Source: a bacterium
Lineage (GTDB): Bacteria > SZUA-79 > Acidulodesulfobacterales > Acidulodesulfobacteraceae
Direction: 5' to 3'
Assembly (NCBI GenBank): GCA_021811805.1
Contig: JAKAQA010000001.1
Location: 533-64,532 of the forward strand
Length of the DNA stretch: 64,000 bases
Part shown: one piece after another, positions 17,352 to 26,938 of the stretch
Layout of the letters: every line of letters begins with the position of its first letter
Numbering within the stretch: position 1 is the stretch's first letter
Program-made: the position numbers and the translations under genes
Notes under the pieces: model-generated
Databases searched by the model: none
The model's input: the letters and a program-made list of their open reading frames with translations, nothing else
Told to the model about the DNA's origin: nothing

Positions 17352-19166
17352 CTAATTGCGGCATTTCATTAATAAAATGGAAACGGCGGCGGGAGTAATA
17401 CCCGAAATTCGTCCCGCTTCCGCAATAGTCCCGGGTCTGATTTTATTAAGTTTTTCGACTACTTCGAGCGATAAGCCGGGTATTACGTTAAAATCAATAT
17501 CGCCGTCTAGCTTAACGTCCTCGAATTTTTTTAACCTGCCTATCTCTTCTTTCTGCCTGCTGATGTAGCCTTCATATTTAATAAAAAGCTGAGCTCTGTT
17601 AACAATATCCCTATCGAATTTATCAATTTCCTTTCTAAATTCCGGCATAATATTATTATCTATGGAAAAATCCGGCCGTTTTAACAGACTGTAATACTTT
17701 CCGTTTTCATAAGTTTTCAAAAAACCAGTTAATTCGTTAAATTGCGCCAGTCTGTAATTATATACAGAGTATCTTTCTTCATCGAGCAATCCAATACTTT
17801 TTCCATATTCGCAAAGCCTGAAGTCCGCATTGTCTTCCCTCAATAAAAGCCTGTATTCGGCGCGGGACGTAAACATTCTATAAGGTTCGCTTGTTCCAAG
17901 CATAATCAAATCGTCGATTAAAACCCCTATATATGCCTCATCTCTTCTAAGCATCAAAGAATTTTCGCCCCTAATTTTCATAACCGCGTTAATTCCGGCA
18001 ATAATGCCCTGCGCCGCCGCTTCTTCATAACCTGAAGTGCCGTTAATCTGCCCCGCCAAAAAAAGACCGTCTATTTTTTTAGTTTCCAAGGAATGTTTAA
18101 GCTGGTCGGACAAAACGTAATCGTATTCTATGGCATACCCCGGTCTCATGATTTTTACTTTTTCAAGCCCTTTAATCGTTCTTAAAAATTTAAGCTGCGT
18201 CTCCAAAGGCAGGCTCGTCGAAAGCCCGTTGGGATAGTATTCCACGGAATCAAGGCTTTCCCTTTCTAAAAATATCTGATGTCTTTCTTTATCTTTAAAC
18301 CTGACGACTTTATCTTCTATGGAAGGGCAGTATCTCGGACCGACTCCTTTAATAACTCCGCAGTATAAGGGGGACTTGTCCAGATCGTTTAAAATTATAT
18401 TATGCGTATTTTTATTTGTATATGTTATATAACAGCTTATTTCATTAGTTATATTTTTATCGGCAATAGAAAAAGGGATAAAATCCTCTTCTCCTTTTTG
18501 TTCTTCAAGCTCGTAAAAATCGATGGTTCTGCCGTCTAATCTCGGGGTGGTGCCCGTTTTAAGCCTTCCAAGCTCAAGACCGTTTTCAAGCAGGCTTAAA
18601 GAAAGGTTATTTGAAGCAAAATCCCCGGCTCTTCCCGCATTATAATTAAAAAGACCGATATGCACAAGCCCTCTTAAAAAAGTTCCCGTAGTTAAAATAA
18701 CGGCACTGGAATAAAGATTTTCGCCCGTCCATAAAACGACTCCCGCGGCTTTGCCATTTTTGACGATCAACGAATCGACCATAGATTGAATTATGGTCAA
18801 ATTTTCGGCAGACTCCAGAACGGTTTTCATATAAGTTTTATATTTAAACATATCGGCTTGCGCGCGGGACGACCTGACCGCTGGACCCTTTTTTGTATTA
18901 AGGGTTCGGAACTGAATGCCGGTTTTGTCTATAGCCTTTCCCATTTCTCCGCCGAGCGCATCGACTTCGCGCACGAGATGCCCTTTAGCAAGCCCCCCTA
19001 TCGCAGGGTTGCAGGACATCTGTCCGATATTGTCTAAATTAATCGTAATGACGGCGGCATTCAAGCCCATTCTTGCGGCGGCAAGGGAAGCCTCTATACC
19101 GGCATGCCCTGCGCCTACCACGATTACGTCAAAATTATTTGTTTCATTATCATTTTTGTTCTTCAT
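17352..19166 (-). CDS. mnmG: tRNA uridine 5-carboxymethylaminomethyl modification enzyme MnmG (GidA)
   Basis: 604 aa. FAD motif DVIVVGAGHAGIEA, then QMSCNPAIGGLAKGHLVREVDALGG, with colinear family similarity over the full length. Confidence 0.97.
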   Translation of the reverse strand: MKNKNDNETNNFDVIVVGAGHAGIEASLAAARMGLNAAVITINLDNIGQMSCNPAIGGLAKGHLVREVDALGGEMGKAIDKTGIQFRTLNTKKGPAVRSSRAQADMFKYKTYMKTVLESAENLTIIQSMVDSLIVKNGKAAGVVLWTGENLYSSAVILTTGTFLRGLVHIGLFNYNAGRAGDFASNNLSLSLLENGLELGRLKTGTTPRLDGRTIDFYELEEQKGEEDFIPFSIADKNITNEISCYITYTNKNTHNIILNDLDKSPLYCGVIKGVGPRYCPSIEDKVVRFKDKERHQIFLERESLDSVEYYPNGLSTSLPLETQLKFLRTIKGLEKVKIMRPGYAIEYDYVLSDQLKHSLETKKIDGLFLAGQINGTSGYEEAAAQGIIAGINAVMKIRGENSLMLRRDEAYIGVLIDDLIMLGTSEPYRMFTSRAEYRLLLREDNADFRLCEYGKSIGLLDEERYSVYNYRLAQFNELTGFLKTYENGKYYSLLKRPDFSIDNNIMPEFRKEIDKFDRDIVNRAQLFIKYEGYISRQKEEIGRLKKFEDVKLDGDIDFNVIPGLSLEVVEKLNKIRPGTIAEAGRISGITPAAVSILLMKCRN

Positions 19167-19185
19167 CGCTGGATTCGATTCTCCT

Positions 19186-22100
19186 CTATATAACGCTTAA
19201 GAACTCGGCAATCACTCTAAAATCCGTTTCCGGCGCATTTTCTATGATTATCGGCTCAAATTCCTTGTTATCCGGAGATAAAACAATCCGTTTGTTCCGG
19301 CATGTTCCATCATCTAAATATTCTTTCTCGCTGTGATATCTTTTTACGGTATATTTCTGATTTGTTTCCCTATCGGCAACTTGTCTCGATTCTACCAAAA
19401 CGACGGCCCCGTTTCGGGAACCCCCTTTGTCAAATCTGAACGCACAATAGCTGCCGTCTGGAATAGCAGGCTCCATAGAACGACCCACGACTTTTGCAAT
19501 AAACATATCTTTATTAAGTTTCCTTCCTGTAATTTCAGCCCTCATCCAGCCCGAATTCTCGACATATTCTTCCTTTCCAAAAGCCGTGGCGGCGGCTTCT
19601 AAGGAATAAACAGGCAGGTATAGAGTGAACTTCTCGGCTTCATCAATTTCATAGCGCAAATTTAAATTTAATTGGTTGTAAAATTCTTTTACAAATATAT
19701 TTTTTTTATTATCATTGTAAAAAGGCATACCTATGAGTTTATACTCTTTGTTCTCGCTAAACAGCATATCCTCAGAGCTTAATTTATATTTTGCTCTAAT
19801 TTCTTTCAAAAAATCCTCTTTCCATTGGTCTTTAGGAATTAAGTGTTCTCCTTTAGATTCAATAAACAACTGGTATTGTTCTAATTTATCGGTACTGTCC
19901 TTTTTTAAAAATAATACAAAATCCGGTTCAGTCGGTCTCCCATCGGAAAAGTTATATATACTGAATAAACTTTCATTTCTTAAAAGATAAATGCCGGAAT
20001 AGTTTTTTTTCTTTAATTCATTTATGACTCCGTCAATAAAACGTATTAGCTGTTTTTCTTCAGAAGTTCCGTAATTTTCATTATATATATACCATTCTTT
20101 ATCCATTAATCTTAAATTTAACGATTGGGGGCTTTCGCTCATAGGCTTGCCATATTCCGCTTCGGAATATTCTCCTACATTTATTTTCAGATTTTTATCT
20201 TTCACGATTTCCTTAACCAAATTTCCCTTGAATAACTCTGTTCCTTTATATTCGGTAAATTCGTTTTTGATTTCTTTTTCTAATTGGCTTAAAACATATA
20301 TACAAATGTTTAGTTTTTCAAATGTTTCAATCTTATTAGATTTAGCCTCTGCCGCCGTTATAGTAACGCTTATCTCTTTTAAGGATTCAATAAAATCAGT
20401 CGAATTATTCAGGGAAGGAAAATATTCTTTTAGATTATTGAATCTATAAAAATCAAGTTTTGCCATTGTCTTTCTTATAACGGCATCCCCAAAGATTTTC
20501 AGTTTAATCGGCGGATTCGTAACAGTTTGAAATACACCGGGGGGTTCATATTCGGCTAAAACGGTAAATTCCCGAGTCATACCTGTCGCTAAATTATATT
20601 TATATGCTTTTGATATATTTATATCTTGCAATGTTCTTAATTTAGAGCGATCTTGTTTCTCCCTTTTGTTTATAAATATAAATGCATTATTCCAAAAATC
20701 CGATTTTTTTATCTCATCTTTAACTCTTAATTCAAGTTCCTTCGTTTCGTGAGGCATAATTCCGGCTTCTTTTAAGGCTATAGTTAATTCCTGAATATAC
20801 CTTGGGTTATTTACGCTATGATAATAAAGCTCTTCTATAATTTTAAGTTCATCTTCAGGCAGGTTATCAAATTTTCTTTTAAACGGGTCACCGGCGCTTT
20901 CAGATTTAAATGGATAATATCTCGCGCCCCTGCCGATTAATTGAGCTTCGGCTATTGTTGTTTTACCGGGCTTATTGCCCTTGGCATCTCTGGTATCATA
21001 TAGCCTGACAATATCAAATAGATTTAGTACATCCCACCCCTCATTTAACATATTTACTACAAATATTGCTCTTATTTCATTGTCTTCATTTTCAAGGGTG
21101 TTTAATTTTAACTGCTTATCTTTATTTATATTTTCAGAATCAAGAACAATGCACTTTTCTGAAGAAAAATCCTCTTTCAACTCCAAAATTAAATTTTGAA
21201 TAGCGATATTGTTCCTATTAAAATATTGAAAAACTTTCTCCAAAATCGTATTATTTGAATATTGCTCTATATTTTCAATATCTGCCGCTTTTAAGCCGTT
21301 AATTTTGTCCCTAAATAACTCATAATTTTCTTTTGATTCTTCAATGCTTCTGGATTTAAAAAGTATTACGGGCTTTAAATGCAGTCCGTTTTTTTCGGCA
21401 ATTTTCCTTCTATATTGGCTTAAAATCACGGCTTTTAACATTCTTTTCAACGCTTCCGAGTCTGACTCTAACACCTTTACTTCTTTAGAGTAGCCGTCAA
21501 TTCTAAATTGTTTAAGATCGTACTCGAAAATTATCTTCTCTTTGTATTTTTCAAAAATATTTGCATTGTTTATGTCAACCGTAGCGGTGTATTCAAGTAT
21601 AATATTATCCGAATTGCTGTTAAGAATGCTCGAAACGGAACCCTCCCATGTATCTTTCAGCTCCACTTCTTTTTTTCCTATAGAATGATTTCTTGTCCAT
21701 GTATTTATATGATGGGCTTCATCGGAAATCAGTGCAATCTTTTTATCGGCAAAATCCTCTATGGTGATAGAATTTTCCTTAAAAAGATTTAACTGGCTAT
21801 GGAGACCTTGAATTGTGGTAAAGATTATGTTTATATCATTTTCATTGGTAGCCTCAAAGTTTACGGCCTCATTAATGCCGACATTCCTGCCCTCGAATTG
21901 TATCTTATTGTTAAAAAGATATTTTGACGAAAGAGGATTTAAAAAGTTATCCCTGGTCTTTTCTATTATATTTACGCTGTTTACGAAAAATAAAAAATGC
22001 CTGTAACCAATGCTGTATAAATACAATATATTTGCGGCCATAAGAAGCGTTTTTCCCGAACCGGTCGCCATGTTAAACAATAACTGGATAGGCATGGATT

Positions 22101-22275
22101 TATTCGGGTGCTTTTCAAGATAGTAAATAAAGCGGGTTATTGCTTCAACCTGATACTCTCTTAAACTAAAGCTACTATTAAGGTTATTGGTCAAGTAATC
22201 AGGGATTGTTTTTTCGATATACCCTATTTTAGAAATTACATCATATTCCCGACTTAATCTTTGCATTTCCGGCAT
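19186..22275 (-). CDS. res: Type III restriction enzyme Res subunit (SF2 helicase + PD-(D/E)xK nuclease) with C-terminal LexA/S24 peptidase-like domain
   Basis: Helicase motifs MATGSGKT, SDEAHH, QLIGRGARY. Nuclease motif EPDFVLF...IESKG. The last ~145 aa carry VVGRSMEPAIPDG ... RNGAVVLV ... YTVKRY ... LSPDNKEFEPIII, an S24 Ser-Lys fold. The track starts at 22290; ATG 22275 has a GGAG SD 9 nt upstream and lies 1 nt after the mod stop. Confidence 0.85.
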   Translation of the reverse strand: MPEMQRLSREYDVISKIGYIEKTIPDYLTNNLNSSFSLREYQVEAITRFIYYLEKHPNKSMPIQLLFNMATGSGKTLLMAANILYLYSIGYRHFLFFVNSVNIIEKTRDNFLNPLSSKYLFNNKIQFEGRNVGINEAVNFEATNENDINIIFTTIQGLHSQLNLFKENSITIEDFADKKIALISDEAHHINTWTRNHSIGKKEVELKDTWEGSVSSILNSNSDNIILEYTATVDINNANIFEKYKEKIIFEYDLKQFRIDGYSKEVKVLESDSEALKRMLKAVILSQYRRKIAEKNGLHLKPVILFKSRSIEESKENYELFRDKINGLKAADIENIEQYSNNTILEKVFQYFNRNNIAIQNLILELKEDFSSEKCIVLDSENINKDKQLKLNTLENEDNEIRAIFVVNMLNEGWDVLNLFDIVRLYDTRDAKGNKPGKTTIAEAQLIGRGARYYPFKSESAGDPFKRKFDNLPEDELKIIEELYYHSVNNPRYIQELTIALKEAGIMPHETKELELRVKDEIKKSDFWNNAFIFINKREKQDRSKLRTLQDINISKAYKYNLATGMTREFTVLAEYEPPGVFQTVTNPPIKLKIFGDAVIRKTMAKLDFYRFNNLKEYFPSLNNSTDFIESLKEISVTITAAEAKSNKIETFEKLNICIYVLSQLEKEIKNEFTEYKGTELFKGNLVKEIVKDKNLKINVGEYSEAEYGKPMSESPQSLNLRLMDKEWYIYNENYGTSEEKQLIRFIDGVINELKKKNYSGIYLLRNESLFSIYNFSDGRPTEPDFVLFLKKDSTDKLEQYQLFIESKGEHLIPKDQWKEDFLKEIRAKYKLSSEDMLFSENKEYKLIGMPFYNDNKKNIFVKEFYNQLNLNLRYEIDEAEKFTLYLPVYSLEAAATAFGKEEYVENSGWMRAEITGRKLNKDMFIAKVVGRSMEPAIPDGSYCAFRFDKGGSRNGAVVLVESRQVADRETNQKYTVKRYHSEKEYLDDGTCRNKRIVLSPDNKEFEPIIIENAPETDFRVIAEFLSVI

Positions 22276-22276
22276 T

Positions 22277-24250
22277 TTAAAAATCTCCATAGAATTCTCT
22301 GTTGAGTTTTTTATCCTCGTCGTCTATTTTATAAATACCGTCGTCTATTTCGCTGTAATTAACGTATAAATCATTTTTATCAAGCGTTTCGATAAGCAAT
22401 TTCTTTTGCTCTTCAAAACTTAACTTTTTAAATTCTTCTATGTTTTCATCAAATAAACTTGGATTTACTCTATAACTCAAAAATCCTTTAATTTTCATTT
22501 CATCCCAAACAATTAGAAGTTCGCTTTTATTATTTGCATCTTGAATCATATTTATAAAAGATTCGTTTAATTTTGCCAACTCCATATAAACAAAATCACT
22601 GCCGCCCTGCCAATTTACAGCCCTTGAAATTCCACTTTGCTCACCTTTAATTGTATTAGCCAATCTCGCAACGCTGTCATTATTTCCATAATCTAATTGT
22701 TCGATACCAATATAATGTCTGTCCATTTTATGTGCTACAGCAGCGGTCGTTCCACTTCCTAAATGATAATCTAAAACAATATCGCCGGATTCAGTTGCTA
22801 TCTCAAAAATTTGCTTAATTAATTTTTCGGGCTTTTTCCCGTTTTTTAATTTTACACCACCTTCATTGGCAATGCCTGCCCATGATATATGATCCCAAAA
22901 ATTAGATAATAATTCGGTAACTTTTACTTCACCATCTATTTCTTTGATTTTACTGGAATAAAATGCTAACGAACCTCCATTATATAAAAACATTGGTGAA
23001 TCGTCTTTTTTTTTATAAATAAAAATCTTGCCTCTTTCTCTTTTAGATTTTTCTTGTAAATTTCTAACGGTTTCTGTTGGTTTATGGAGATCTCTGACGC
23101 TTACCACAAATTCTGAATTTTCAAACGCAAATTTAGCAAGCATATCTTTTAAAATGATGTTGTATGTATCGCCATATTTATCTTTGAATTGTTTTTCATT
23201 ACTATAACCATGCCCTATTAATACCTTTTCTTTTAATGAAATTAATTTCCATTTATCTACATCATTGCTATTGTTTTTTTCTAAATATAAATTATAATTT
23301 TCGTGATAATCTGCTTCTATATAGTTTTTTTTAAACTTAAATTCATCTTTATTCTTAGCATAAAATAAAATAAATTCTGTTATATCAATAGGTCCCGGAT
23401 TAACAGCTTTAAATCCTGAAGCAGATGCCGTTTTAACTGCTATAATTTGAATTTTATTTTCAATACCAAATATTTCATCTAATAAAATATTAATATAGGC
23501 AACTTCGTGATGATCAATTTGGATAAATATACACCCCGTTTCGCTCAATAATTGCTTAGCTATTGATAGCCTGTTTTTCATAAAAGTCAGCCACGTAGAA
23601 TGATTAAAATTATCATTATATTTAAAACTATCGGAGCCAGTATTATATGGCGGGTCAATATAAATTAGTTTTACTTTTCCTGCAAATTTTTTCCTTAACG
23701 AATGGAGAACTAAAAGATTATTCCCTCTAATTAATAAATTATCCGTTTCTTTTATCTCACCTATTTCGTGTTCCCCGTTCTTGTCAATTCTCTTAAATTT
23801 TGTGAAAACTTTTGGAGCTAACAATCTGTCGATTTCATCCGAAGCTAAAATCTCGTTATGAAAAACTTCTTTCCTCTTTTCATCGGATTTTTCCTGTCCC
23901 CCTTCCAAAATGCAATCTTTATATGGCCACGCTAAAACTACTTCTTTATTTTGGGATATATAACTACCGCTTGCGGTTAATCCTATTTTATTTTTAAAAG
24001 AGGTATAGGAATCAGGTAAGAACTCTTTATTATCCACAAATTTCATAAATTTTTCTTTGTCAAAAATTAAAGTTTCGTCAACATCGATAAAAAAATGCTC
24101 TTTGATTATTTCATTGCTTAAAAGTAACTTTATTAAATCTTTGTCCAATTTTAATGCCAATTCAACTACTTTATTCTTTAAAATTTTCCCGTCAGAAACA
24201 AATTTTTTATTGTTACTTAATAATTCTTTAAGCTCTTCCATCAATCGCAT
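22277..24250 (-). CDS. mod: Type III R-M Mod subunit (beta-class N6-adenine/N4-cytosine DNA methyltransferase)
   Basis: 657 aa. Motif IV LIYIDPPYNTGSD precedes motif I VLDYHLGSGTTAAVAH. It lies immediately upstream of res and overlaps the longer res ORF by 14 nt. Confidence 0.9.
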   Translation of the reverse strand: MRLMEELKELLSNNKKFVSDGKILKNKVVELALKLDKDLIKLLLSNEIIKEHFFIDVDETLIFDKEKFMKFVDNKEFLPDSYTSFKNKIGLTASGSYISQNKEVVLAWPYKDCILEGGQEKSDEKRKEVFHNEILASDEIDRLLAPKVFTKFKRIDKNGEHEIGEIKETDNLLIRGNNLLVLHSLRKKFAGKVKLIYIDPPYNTGSDSFKYNDNFNHSTWLTFMKNRLSIAKQLLSETGCIFIQIDHHEVAYINILLDEIFGIENKIQIIAVKTASASGFKAVNPGPIDITEFILFYAKNKDEFKFKKNYIEADYHENYNLYLEKNNSNDVDKWKLISLKEKVLIGHGYSNEKQFKDKYGDTYNIILKDMLAKFAFENSEFVVSVRDLHKPTETVRNLQEKSKRERGKIFIYKKKDDSPMFLYNGGSLAFYSSKIKEIDGEVKVTELLSNFWDHISWAGIANEGGVKLKNGKKPEKLIKQIFEIATESGDIVLDYHLGSGTTAAVAHKMDRHYIGIEQLDYGNNDSVARLANTIKGEQSGISRAVNWQGGSDFVYMELAKLNESFINMIQDANNKSELLIVWDEMKIKGFLSYRVNPSLFDENIEEFKKLSFEEQKKLLIETLDKNDLYVNYSEIDDGIYKIDDEDKKLNREFYGDF

Positions 24251-24351
24251 TTTTTAATATACCTTTTTAAAATTAATTTAAAAATAAATAATGATTAAAT
24301 TTTTTAATTATACATATTGTAAGTAAAAAATTAATTAGATACCAATTTTCA

Positions 24352-25374
24352 TTATAATTTTTTATATTTTTTTAATAATTTCTTTACTTCACGGTCAAAA
24401 TCAGACTCAATCGGCTGAATTTTATTATATTCTCGATATTCTCCTATGGCTTTTTTATCGGCCTTTTCTTTTGAAATTTGCCCTTTGCCGTCAAGTATCC
24501 TGAATTCATTGAAATCTAAAAATTTATTAACGCTCCCCGCAAACTCCGACATAGTGAAAGTCTTGCGGTTTTCTATAATGTTTTCTATATAATCAAAGAA
24601 GCCTGAAACAGCCCTCTCAAGTTTCTTAATCTCTGTTTCTTGTAAATAATTTTTAGCGATAGTTACATCGTAGGGAAGAATCCTGCCTTTTGGCGCATTC
24701 TTCCATGTCGCAAGCCCCATATAAGGCTTGTTTTTATCGGCTTTTGAGTGAATAATTTCGGCGGCTGTCATGCCTGTAATAGCAAAATGAAACTTATTCT
24801 GAATCGTCGCAAAAAACTCTTTAGTTATATCCGAATGGGGGTCGTAATCGATGCTGCACTCTGCAAAAATATCGGTAATCTGTTGATATATTCGCCTTTC
24901 GCTTGCCCGTATAGAGCGGACTCTTTCCAGTAACTCTTTAAAATAATCCCTGCCAAAAACCCGTTCGCCCTGCTTAAGCCGTTCATCGTCAACGGCAAAG
25001 CCCTTTACGATATATTCCTTTAAAACTTTGGTAGCCCATATTCTAAACTGCGTGGCCATTCTAGAATTGACTCGATAACCGACGGCTATAATGGCATCAA
25101 GGTTGTAAAAAGCAACTTCACGTTCAATTTCCCTTTCTCCTTCTCTTTGAACTATCCGGATTTTCCGGATAGTTGATATCTCATCCAATTCTCCGCTTTT
25201 AAAGATATTCTTAATATGCTCATTAATAGTCCTTACATCTACTCCGAACAATTCCGCCATCATTTTTTGCGTAAGCCATAAGGTTTCATCCAGTAAAAAA
25301 ACCTCTAATTTTACATCGCCGGACGGCGTGGTATAAAGGATAAAATTCCCTGATTTTTGTAGTTTATTATCCAT
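24352..25374 (-). CDS. RhuM-family protein (so-called virulence protein RhuM; frequent companion of R-M loci)
   Basis: 340 aa. N-terminal block LWLTQKMMAELFGVDVRTINEHIKNIF ... FYNLDAIIAVGYRVNSRMATQFRIWATKVLKEYIVKGF is characteristic of the family. Confidence 0.8.
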   Translation of the reverse strand: MDNKLQKSGNFILYTTPSGDVKLEVFLLDETLWLTQKMMAELFGVDVRTINEHIKNIFKSGELDEISTIRKIRIVQREGEREIEREVAFYNLDAIIAVGYRVNSRMATQFRIWATKVLKEYIVKGFAVDDERLKQGERVFGRDYFKELLERVRSIRASERRIYQQITDIFAECSIDYDPHSDITKEFFATIQNKFHFAITGMTAAEIIHSKADKNKPYMGLATWKNAPKGRILPYDVTIAKNYLQETEIKKLERAVSGFFDYIENIIENRKTFTMSEFAGSVNKFLDFNEFRILDGKGQISKEKADKKAIGEYREYNKIQPIESDFDREVKKLLKKYKKL

Positions 25375-25421
25375 GAATATTTTTAATTTAATCGACTTAT
25401 TAATCCGCCGGTCTATCGGTA

Positions 25422-25450
25422 ATTATATGCAATAATCGTCTTTTTATCAA
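25422..25450 (-). promoter_or_regulatory. Near-consensus sigma70 promoter TTGATA-17-TATAAT upstream of the RhuM-family gene
   Basis: On the minus strand the -35 is at 25450-25445 and the -10 at 25427-25422, with an exactly 17-nt spacer. It lies about 48 nt upstream of ATG 25374. Confidence 0.55.
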
Positions 25451-25514
25451 CAGGCATTATTCTCCGATATTGGACGGCATTCATATCGGATGGACGGTTA
25501 AATAAGGAAGGATT

Positions 25515-26921
25515 TTATTTGCCTATACAGAATTCTTTGAAAAGTATGTCCAGAACGTCTTCGTTGGTTACTCCCCCGACAATCTCGCCAAGAGCGTTAA
25601 TGCCGTCCCTTAAATCTATGGATATTAATTCGAGGGGCTGTCCTTCTTTAAATTTATCTTTTGCATTCTCTAATAAATTTAAAGATTTTACTAATAAATT
25701 TTTCTGCCTCAGAGTGGTAATGCCGACGTCGTCTTTGACCCCGCCTTCAATTTTTAAAATAATGTCGTGCGCCGCTTTTTTCATCGCTTCAAAACCGGTG
25801 CCCGTCTTAGCGCTGATAAAAACCGGATTATTCGTAAATCCAAACGCCTGCATAACGTTTTTTCCTATTACGCTTAAGTCTTTTCCGTCAGATATATCAA
25901 CCTTATTTATAACAGGAATTAAACTATCTCTTTTCCCCTCTAATATATCTCTTAAAATTTCATTTTCCGCTAAATCGTTTATATCAAAAACGTATAAAAC
26001 GGCATCCGCGCTTTTAATTTGATTGCGGCTCTGTTTTATGCCCTCATACTCTAATGTTTCGCCTGTTTCTCTCAAGCCTGCGGTATCGATTATTTTAACG
26101 GGTTTATTAGATAAGAACAGGTTTTCTTCGATATAATCCCTTGTAGTGCCTGCCGTATCCGAAACTATTGCCCTGTTTTTATCGACGAGCCTGTTTAATA
26201 TGCTCGACTTGCCGACGTTCGGAGCTCCGGCTATTACCACGCTGAAACCATGCTTGTTCAGCTCGTAATTTTCGTAAGATGCCATAAGTCCGCCGATTAA
26301 TTCTGCCGTTTCCTCAGTCTTTTTTAAAAAATCGGCATTAATATTTTCAAAAATTTCCTCTGGAAAATCGATTAAAGCTTCTACGGAGGCAAGCAGATAA
26401 ATATAATCTTCTTTTATTTTATTTATCCTTTCTTCCAAGAGACCGTTCAACTCGTTATTTGCGATAACAAGGGTTTTCAACGAATTTGCCTTAATGATTT
26501 CAAGGATTGATTCGGCTTTTATAAGATTTATCTTATTGTTTAAATAAGCTCTTTTTGTGAATTCTCCGTTGTGCGCAAGCCTTGTTCCGGATTTTAGGAT
26601 AATTTCGAGGATATATTTTGTATTAAATACCCCTCCGTGAGGATATATTTCAAACATATCTTCTCCGGTATAGGAATCGGGGCCTTTTATGAAAACGCAT
26701 ACCGCTTCATCGACGTACGATTCTGTTTGAAAATCAAAAATGCGTCCTGTATATAAAAAACGGGGTTTTATATCTGAAAAATCTTTACGGTAAGGTTTAA
26801 AAACTTTTTGCAGTATATATATACAGTCTTTGCCTGATGCCCTGATAATGCTAATCGCTCCTTCCCCCGAGGGAGAAGAAATAGCGCAAATCGTGTCTAT
26901 TTCGTATGTTAAAGAGGACAT
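25515..26921 (-). CDS. mnmE: tRNA modification GTPase MnmE (TrmE)
   Basis: 468 aa. G1 motif GAPNVGKSS, G3 motif DTAGLR, and the diagnostic C-terminal FCIGK. Confidence 0.97.
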   Translation of the reverse strand: MSSLTYEIDTICAISSPSGEGAISIIRASGKDCIYILQKVFKPYRKDFSDIKPRFLYTGRIFDFQTESYVDEAVCVFIKGPDSYTGEDMFEIYPHGGVFNTKYILEIILKSGTRLAHNGEFTKRAYLNNKINLIKAESILEIIKANSLKTLVIANNELNGLLEERINKIKEDYIYLLASVEALIDFPEEIFENINADFLKKTEETAELIGGLMASYENYELNKHGFSVVIAGAPNVGKSSILNRLVDKNRAIVSDTAGTTRDYIEENLFLSNKPVKIIDTAGLRETGETLEYEGIKQSRNQIKSADAVLYVFDINDLAENEILRDILEGKRDSLIPVINKVDISDGKDLSVIGKNVMQAFGFTNNPVFISAKTGTGFEAMKKAAHDIILKIEGGVKDDVGITTLRQKNLLVKSLNLLENAKDKFKEGQPLELISIDLRDGINALGEIVGGVTNEDVLDILFKEFCIGK

Positions 26922-26938
26922 AACGGCATAAAGCTGAA

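Noticed and set aside
23006-23014. A9 homopolymer inside mod (codons KKK) as a phase-variation tract, as seen in some type III mod genes.
   Set aside because: Runs of 8-9 A/T are common throughout this AT-rich window, including in res and intergenic DNA. There is no evidence of length heterogeneity.
24251-24351. A separate promoter for mod in the RhuM-mod spacer (TGTATAAT-like box).
   Set aside because: The spacer is almost pure A/T, so -10-like hexamers are expected by chance, and no acceptable -35 is present. It is left uncalled.
25463-25494. Hairpin CCGATAT-N12-ATATCGG downstream of mnmE as an intrinsic terminator or islet boundary repeat.
   Set aside because: The stem is short (7 bp), the loop is long and no U-tract follows. 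No matching repeat was found at the other islet boundary (19167-19185).
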